The position numbers and the translations under genes are program-made. DNA of 64,000 bases from the NCBI GenBank assembly GCA_964016885.1, contig OZ024743.1:324694001-324758000 (forward strand), read 5' to 3'. Source of the DNA: Eledone cirrhosa. Its lineage: Eukaryota. Shown in pieces: positions 56,986 to 64,000 of this stretch; within the stretch, counting starts at the first letter, position 1; each line of letters starts with the position of its first letter. The notes under the pieces were generated by a model. That model saw only the letters and a list, made by a program, of their open reading frames with translations, was not told where the DNA came from and ran no database searches.

Positions 56986-57244
56986 ATATATTAGCATGAA
57001 CAGAAAATATCGGTGATAATATTACTGGTGGTAGCGATTTTGTCGTAGCTTCATGGTCCCGGTAGACAGAATAACGAATGCATTACTCCGCGGGATAGCG
57101 AGGGAGAATGGATGAAAGAGTTAGTCCATGTTGCCAGCTTCGTTCTTGTCGGTGACCATTTCTGCCCCGATTTAAAAAAATAGGGAACCCAGGATATGGT
57201 TCCACCATTATGGATTCTATGATGCACCTCTCGGAGAGCAGTCG

Positions 57245-60200
57245 ATAGATAGATAGATATCTTTCTTTATTTGCCACAGGGACGTACAAAAATGGGACGT
57301 TACAAGACGTGATGGTGGGGTTTTAATAAATAACAATAAACTATATATAAAATAACATTTGAAATCCCCAATAGGGGGGAACGTTACTGCAGGGTTGTTT
57401 AAATGAAAGCGGCGGGGTGATCCTCACGATGGACTCAGCTGACAACTGGATGCGTCCCACACGTGACAGAAGCTGTTCGACATAATTCCACAGGTCGGTC
57501 ACCCCTGTGCACGGAACAATTGCGTGCAGAACGGTTTCGATGTCCTGCTCGCATCTTGGATAGGTCCTTTTGGCAGGATCTCTGCCAGGGCGTCCGTGCC
57601 TGTAGATTTTGTCTCGAACTGGTAGAGCTCCTCGGTAGCACTGCCAGGCCAGAGACCTCTAGAAGTTATCCATAGGCCCTAGACGGAAAGTCCTCCCGAA
57701 CAGACTGGTCAGTTCGTCCTCCTCGATGCCTAGAGTTTCCCCGAGAATGTCGTCGTACTTATCCTCCACTAATCCCCTATAGAATGTCGAAGTGGAGTTT
57801 CCGCTGATTGTCGTTTCCGCTTGGTAAAGGGCTGTGAGCGCCTGTAGGCACTTGAGGTGCCAGGCACCCATTTTCGGTCTTCGCTTGACCCAGGTCTGCA
57901 GCTCTGTTAGTGAGACGAGTTGTGGAAGAGCTTGTCTCACAAACGACAGCCACACCGGTTCACCGGTCAGGAATACCTGGAGATAGCGTAGCCTCAGCGC
58001 GTGTTTGCACATCATCAGTCACGACATGCCCAGCCCTCCGTTAGAAGGATGTTGACAGCAGATGGATCTCCTCACCAATGGAGCTTGTTTCTTCCAGAGG
58101 AACTTGAAGAGTAGGCGTTCCATTTTGGTAAGTTATTCGCGGGGGCAAGGCACGACTGTCAAGCGCTAGTAGATGACGGACGCTATGTAAGTGTTCGCCA
58201 CCTCCGCTCGACCTTTCAAAGAGAGTTTGCACTCAGCCCACTTCTGGGTGAGTGCAAACACCTTCGCTGTGACCTCATTCCAGTTCTTGTCCACCTGAAG
58301 GTCTGGACTAAACCAGAACCCGAGCAATTTCACCGTTCCTTCCGTCCAACGTCCAACGACACTGTCGGAAGGCATGGGTTTGCCTCTCCATGTGCCGAGT
58401 TGCAAACCGACAGACTTGTTTGGGTTTAGTCTTGCTCCTGTCAACGTTTCGTATTCCTGTAATAGGTTGCCGATTACCCGATTTCCGAGGTTTTCGACAC
58501 CATTACGGTTATGTCGTCGGCATAGGCCGACGCTGCTTTCCGCAGTCCTTGTTCTATCGGGATGCCCTGCAACAGCTCCAACTTCCGCAGTAACGGCTCG
58601 AGAGTCAGTACATACAGAATAGAGGAGAGAGGGCATCCCTGACGGATGGAACGCATGATTTGGAATGGCTCTGATAGGCAGCCATTTACCTTGACTGCCG
58701 AGCAGATGCTGGTGTGCATGGCAGCGATCCAGCCTCTGAAGACGGGACCGAAGCCGGCCTTAGACTGATCTAAATTTATCAGAGCCCCACCGAAGCCAGG
58801 TTTACACCCTACCCTCTCTATGATGTATCGCATGAAGTGGAGGTTGTCGTGTATGGACCTGGTCGGGATTGCATACGTTTGGACTTCCCCTACCAGGTTC
58901 TCGACGACAAGCGCCAGCCTTGCTGCTAACACCTTGGCCAAAATCTTTAACTCTGTGTTGAGCAGAGTTATGGGCCTGAAATTGCTTAACTCATCCCCCT
59001 TGTTCTCATCTTTCCTTATCAGCGTTACTACGCCTCTGCCTACAGAACTGGGAATCCTCCCGTTCTGCTGCCAGTTGCAGTAGACCACTTCGAGGACGCC
59101 AGAGAACAAGTCTGGCATGCCTATGTAAAACTCATAGGGTAGACCATCTAAACCGGGTGATTTGCGTTTCCCGCAGCGGCCTAGGGCATCTTCTATTTCG
59201 CCTGCTGTGATTGGCCTTTCGCAGCTCTCTGCATCCGTACTCGAGAGTCGTGGTATGCCGTCGAGGTAGGAGCTGAAGTCCATCACCTCGCTCGATGTAC
59301 CCCTTTGCCCGAACAGTTGTGCAAAATGCTTCCTCTGCCACTCGGGCCCAGCTAACAGCTTTGGCTCCCTCGTTTCTTAGAGCACGCGTTCTACTTCTAA
59401 CAATACAACCTTCGTGTTTCTCGTTGAAGCACTGGTCTAGTGCCGTTCTCGCCGCTAGCACGTCAGCTGTACTGCCATTCCTAAGTGCCTCTTCTATTTT
59501 AGCTAGCAGTTCCTTTTCAGTTTTGTTTTTTTCTAAAGCTACTTCCTTGCTAAATGCTATCGATTCTATTCTAATTGCTCTCTTGAGAGAGCTCCACCAC
59601 CTGTTGTTGACGATCGCCCCCGTCAACTGACACTTAACTAAGGTGCTAATCCATTTACTGTAGGCCTTACGCGCCGAAAGCGACATGTTTAGCTTTCAGT
59701 ATCCGGGTCCCTGTCTATGTGTTTTATCAAGGTTGACTACGCAGGTGACTAATTTGTGGTCTGAATAGGCAAACATGTGCATTTGTGGACAGCTTAATGT
59801 TTCCTTATCATTCGGTCTAATTAAAAATCTATCTAAATACGATCTAGAAGACCCAGTGCGGTTGCTCCACGTCCAGTGGTGCACTTGAGAAGTCTAGTCG
59901 ATATCTATCAGCCAGTTGAAATTGGCTGATGAGATTTTTGAGGCTATTACACACCCCTCTATTATCACAAGCCCTACATAGTCCTAACGTGCGTCTAAGA
60001 TGCCATTCCAGTCCCCCGCTAACACTAAGGAGCGGGACGTTCCCAGGAATGGCTCCAGACGCTTCAAGAACTCTGGTCGCGATGTCCCAGTCGGGGTATA
60101 TACGGCCACCAGTCTGAAAGTTCCACCTTCACTACCATTCGCTTCCAGGACCACCAGGCTGCCCTCCGGATCCAAGTGAATCATCTGTATTTTGAGATCC

Positions 60201-60530
60201 AAGTTTTTTCGAAATAGAACAGCAACTCCCCTCCACTTCTTGGCTGACAGAGGGATGCGTAGATCTCAAAATCATCGAACATGGGGGATTAGCTGCTGCT
60301 TGTCGTGAATCCTGGACTCGGTGGTGGCTATCACATCTATACAATGTGACCCGAGATCATTTAAAAGCTGGCCCTGTTTCCAGGACATGCCCAGGCCACG
60401 TACATTCAAACACCCAGCTTGTATAGTCGCCATGTTGGTGAAGAAGAGTTAAGGAGAGAAAAGGCAGGAACACTTACCTTTTCGTTTCCTGGAGGTCGGG
60501 TTGTTCGATCTCCATGTCCAGATTGGTGGT
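57245..60530 (-). mobile_element. Tx1/L1-clade LINE copy 1 (ORF2 from ATG 60433: APE, RT, zf-RVT), disrupted; 3' AATAAA plus (TATC)n tail
   Basis: MATIQAGCLNVRGL, LAGDWNG, SYLDRF, SDHK, KSPGLDGL, FRPITLLNTELKILAK, RQGCPLS, AYADD. Several frameshifts. Confidence 0.9.
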
Positions 60531-60967
60531 GTTTGGGGAGGGAGGGAATCCTTTTAGCAGGACACAGTTAAGGGGCTTTTGGCAAGGGGGGGGGGCCCAG
60601 ATCATGTGGGAAGTTCTCTTTTAAAGTTTCATACTGTAGGGTTGTTACCCTGATAAGTTTGAGGTTTGGGGTGGGTCGTTGGTGGGAAAGGTTTTCCCTT
60701 CCGTTTGTATTGTGGGGCCCCTTTGGACAGTTTCCGCCAGTTCTTTGTTTCTTGTTTTTATGTATGTGTAATATGTTTTGTTTTTTATGTGTACTGTTTC
60801 TGTTTGTAGTTTTCTTTTTGTGGTTGGGGTTTGTGATTGTGGTGGTGTGGGTGTTTGTTTTGTTGGTGAAGTGTTTGGTTGTGTTGGTGGTGATTGTGTT
60901 GTTGGTGTGTTTGTCATTTGTGGCGGTGTGTTTATGGTGGGGTTGGGTGTGTGCGTGTTTTCTGTAG

Positions 60968-61602
60968 TCGATAGATAGATAGGTAGATAGATATGTCTCT
61001 TTATTAGCCACAGGGGCACAAAAGAAGGGGACAAATACAAAGGGGGAAGTTTACATACAATAAAAATGTGTAAAATGTTATCACAAATGCAATTAAAAAA
61101 ATTAGTCGATTTTCCCAATAGGGGGAGACAGTTCATATGGGTAACACATACCCCCGAAAAAATGTGCAACCCTCATCTCCAGGAGTACGAAGAGTTTGTA
61201 CTCCTTTCCTCTCCTCCTCCTTTTCCTCAACTTACAGGCTGATATAGAGAGAAGACCCATTCACTCGGGCCATTCTCGCCACTTTCACCCACCTTTCATA
61301 AAACTTGCTGGGGTACACAGCACCTCTCTCCATCCTGATTCTTCTTCCAAAGTGGTATTTGAAAAAAAGAATCAGTTGTTGGCCGGAGAGACAGGTGTCT
61401 GACCTCAACCCTTTCAACCTTGTCCACCATACAACCTCTTTCGCCATAGCTATCACACAAAGGAAAACCGCCTCTCCTTCGTTTTTGAAGGAGGGTGGCG
61501 GTTTGATCATGACAATGGACTCGGTGGTCAACAGGATTGGTCCCACCCGCGACAATAGTCGTTCTACATAGCCCCACAGGTCAGTGACACCCGGGCAGTG
61601 TA
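60968..61602 (-). mobile_element. Tx1/L1-clade LINE copy 2, 3' about 630 bp only
   Basis: HCPGVTDLWGYVERLLSR..WWTR..FYERW, homologous to the ORF at 61900; AATAAA plus (TATC)n tail. Confidence 0.85.
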
Positions 61603-61603
61603 T

Positions 61604-61655
<52 letters not shown>

Positions 61656-64000
61656 TATTTCTTTATTTGCCACAAGGGCGCACAAGAAAAGGGGACAATA
61701 CAAAGACATGCCCGGGATTTTACATACAGTCGTGTAAAAAATATAAAAACAAACAATTACAACAATCGAAATCCCCAATAGGGGGGGGGGGGGGAGGCGC
61801 CACAAATGGGTTGTTTAATACCCCGTAGATAGAACAACCGTCAACTCCAGGAGCGTGTTGTGCAAGTGCTCCTTTCTTCCTTTTGCTCTCTTCCTCAACC
61901 TACAGGCTTATAAACAGAGAAGGCCCAATCACTCGGGCCATTTTCGCTTCATTCATCCACCTTTCAGTAAATTTACTGGGGTGCAGTGCCTCTCTCTCCA
62001 CCCTGTTTCTCCTTCTAAAGTGATACTTAAAGAAGGGAATCAATTGTTGTCCGGAGAGAAAGGCATCTGTCCCCAGTCCTCTCAACCTCGTCCACCATAT
62101 AACTTCTTTCACCATAGCCACCGTACAGAGGAAAACCGCCTCTCTTTCGTTTTTGAAAGAGTCTGGCGGTTTGATACTTACTATGGACTCGGCAGTCAAC
62201 TGGATTTGTCCCATACGCGACAGCAGTTGTCTTGCATAGTTCCACAGGTCGGTTACGCCAGAGCAGTGTCCAATTGCGTGCAGGACGGTTTCAATGTCCT
62301 GCGCACATCTTGGACACGTCCTCTTGGAAGGATCCCTGCCGGGACGTCCGTGCCTGTAGATCTTGTCACGAACCGGTAGAGCTCCTCGGTAGCACTGCCA
62401 GGCCAGAGACCTCTGGAAGTTATCCATAGGCCCTAGACGGAAAGTCCTCCCTAACAGACTGGTCAGTTCGTCTTCCTCGGTGCCTAGAGTTTCCCCGAAA
62501 ACGTCGTCGCACTGATCCTCCACTAATCCCCTATAGAATGTCGAAGTGGAGTCTCCGCTGATTGTCGTTTCCGCTCGGTAAAGGGCTGTGAGCGCCTGAA
62601 GGCACTTGAGGTGCCAGGCACCCATTTTCGGTCTTCGCTTGACCCAGGTCTGCAGCTCTGTTAGTGAGACGAGTTGTGGAAAAGCTTGTCTCACAAACGA
62701 CAGCCACACCAGTTCACCGGTCAGAAATACCTGGAGATGGCGTAGCCTCAGCGCGTGTTTGCACATCATCAGTCACGACATGCCCAGCCCTCCGTTAGAA
62801 GGATGTTGACAGCAGATGGATCTCCTCGCCAATGGAGCTTGTTTCTTCTAGAGGAACTTGAAAAGTAGGCGTTCCATTTTGGTAAGTTATTCGCGGGGGC
62901 AAGGCACGACTGTCAAGTGGTAGTAGATGACGGACGCTATGTAAGTGTTTGCCACCTCCGCTCGACCTTTCAAAGAGAGTTTGCACTCAGCCCACTTCTG
63001 GGTGAGTGCAAACACCTTCGCCGTGACCTCATTCCAGTTCTTGTCCACCTGAAGGTCTGGACCAAACCAGAACCCGAGCAATTTCACCGGTCCTTCCGTC
63101 CAACGTCCAACGACACTGTCAGAAGGCATGGGTTTGCCTCTCCATGTGCCGAGTTGCAAACCGACAGACTTGTTTGGGTTTAGTCTTGCTCCTGTCAACG
63201 TTTCGTATTCCTGTAATAGGTTTCCGATTACCTGATTTCCGAGGTTTTCGACACCATTACGGTTATGTCGTCGGCATAGGCCGACGCTGCTTTCCGCAGT
63301 CCTTGTTCTATCGGGATGCCCTGCAACAGCTCCAACTTCCGCAGTAACAGCTCGAGAGTCAGTACATACAGAATAGAGGAGAGAGGGCATCCCTGACGGA
63401 TGGAACGCATGATTTGGAATGGCTCTGATAGGCAGCCATTCACATTGACTGCCGAGCAGATGCTAGTGTGCATGGCAGCGATCCAGCCTCTGAAGACGGG
63501 ACCGAAGCCGGCCTTAGACTGATCTAAATTTATCAGAGCCCCACCGAAGCCAGGTTTACACCCAACCCTCTCTATGATGTATCGCATGAGGTGGAGGTTG
63601 TCGTGTGTGGACCTGGTCGGGATTGCATACGTTTGGACTTCCGCTACCAGGTTCTCGACGACAAGCGCAAGCCTTGCTGCTAACACCTTGGCCAAAATCT
63701 TTAACTCTGTGTTGAGCAGAGTTATGGGCCTGAAATTGCTTAACTCATCCCCCTTGTTCTCATCTTTCCTTATCAGCGTTACTACGCCTCTGCCTACAGA
63801 ACTGGGAATCCTCCCGTTCTGCTGCCAGTTGCAGTAGACCGCTTCGAGGACGCTAGAGAACAAGTCTGGCATGCCTAAGTAAAACTCATAGGGTAGACCA
63901 TCTAAACCGGGTGATTTGCGTTTCCCGCAGCGGCCTAGGGCATCTTCTATTTCGCCTGCTGTGATCGGCCTTTCGCAGCTCTCTGCATCCGTTCTCGAGA
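61603..64000 (-). mobile_element. Tx1/L1-clade LINE copy 3 (RT to 3' end; runs off the window)
   Basis: ORFs 63228, 62887 and 61900 are near-identical to copy 1 at a constant offset of 4754; (TATC)n tail at 61603-61653. Confidence 0.9.

Overview
Eukaryotic, AT-rich, repeat-dominated window. The SINE families and dense (TA)n/(CA)n/(GA)n tracts look like an octopus/cephalopod genome (inference from recalled repeat sequences, not a search). Bases 1-12.6 kb are a 27-bp tandem array whose +3 frame appears open for about 4,160 codons of TTTTTNTTS-type mucin-like repeats, with an internal 3,069-bp duplication. The rest is a mosaic of mobile elements. It includes a near-intact Penelope-like retroelement (PLE; RT plus GIY-YIG) with 688-bp inverted pLTRs, several other PLE fragments, a full-length but decayed hAT element with TIRs and an 8-bp TSD, several MITEs, tRNA-derived SINEs, CR1 and RTE remnants, and a head-to-tail stack of Tx1/L1-clade LINEs. 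The most striking signal is about 15 type-I hammerhead ribozyme motifs from roughly 9 sequence families. Most sit in fold-back (inverted) non-coding cassettes embedded in (TA)n microsatellites. All motif calls and alignments were made by eye.
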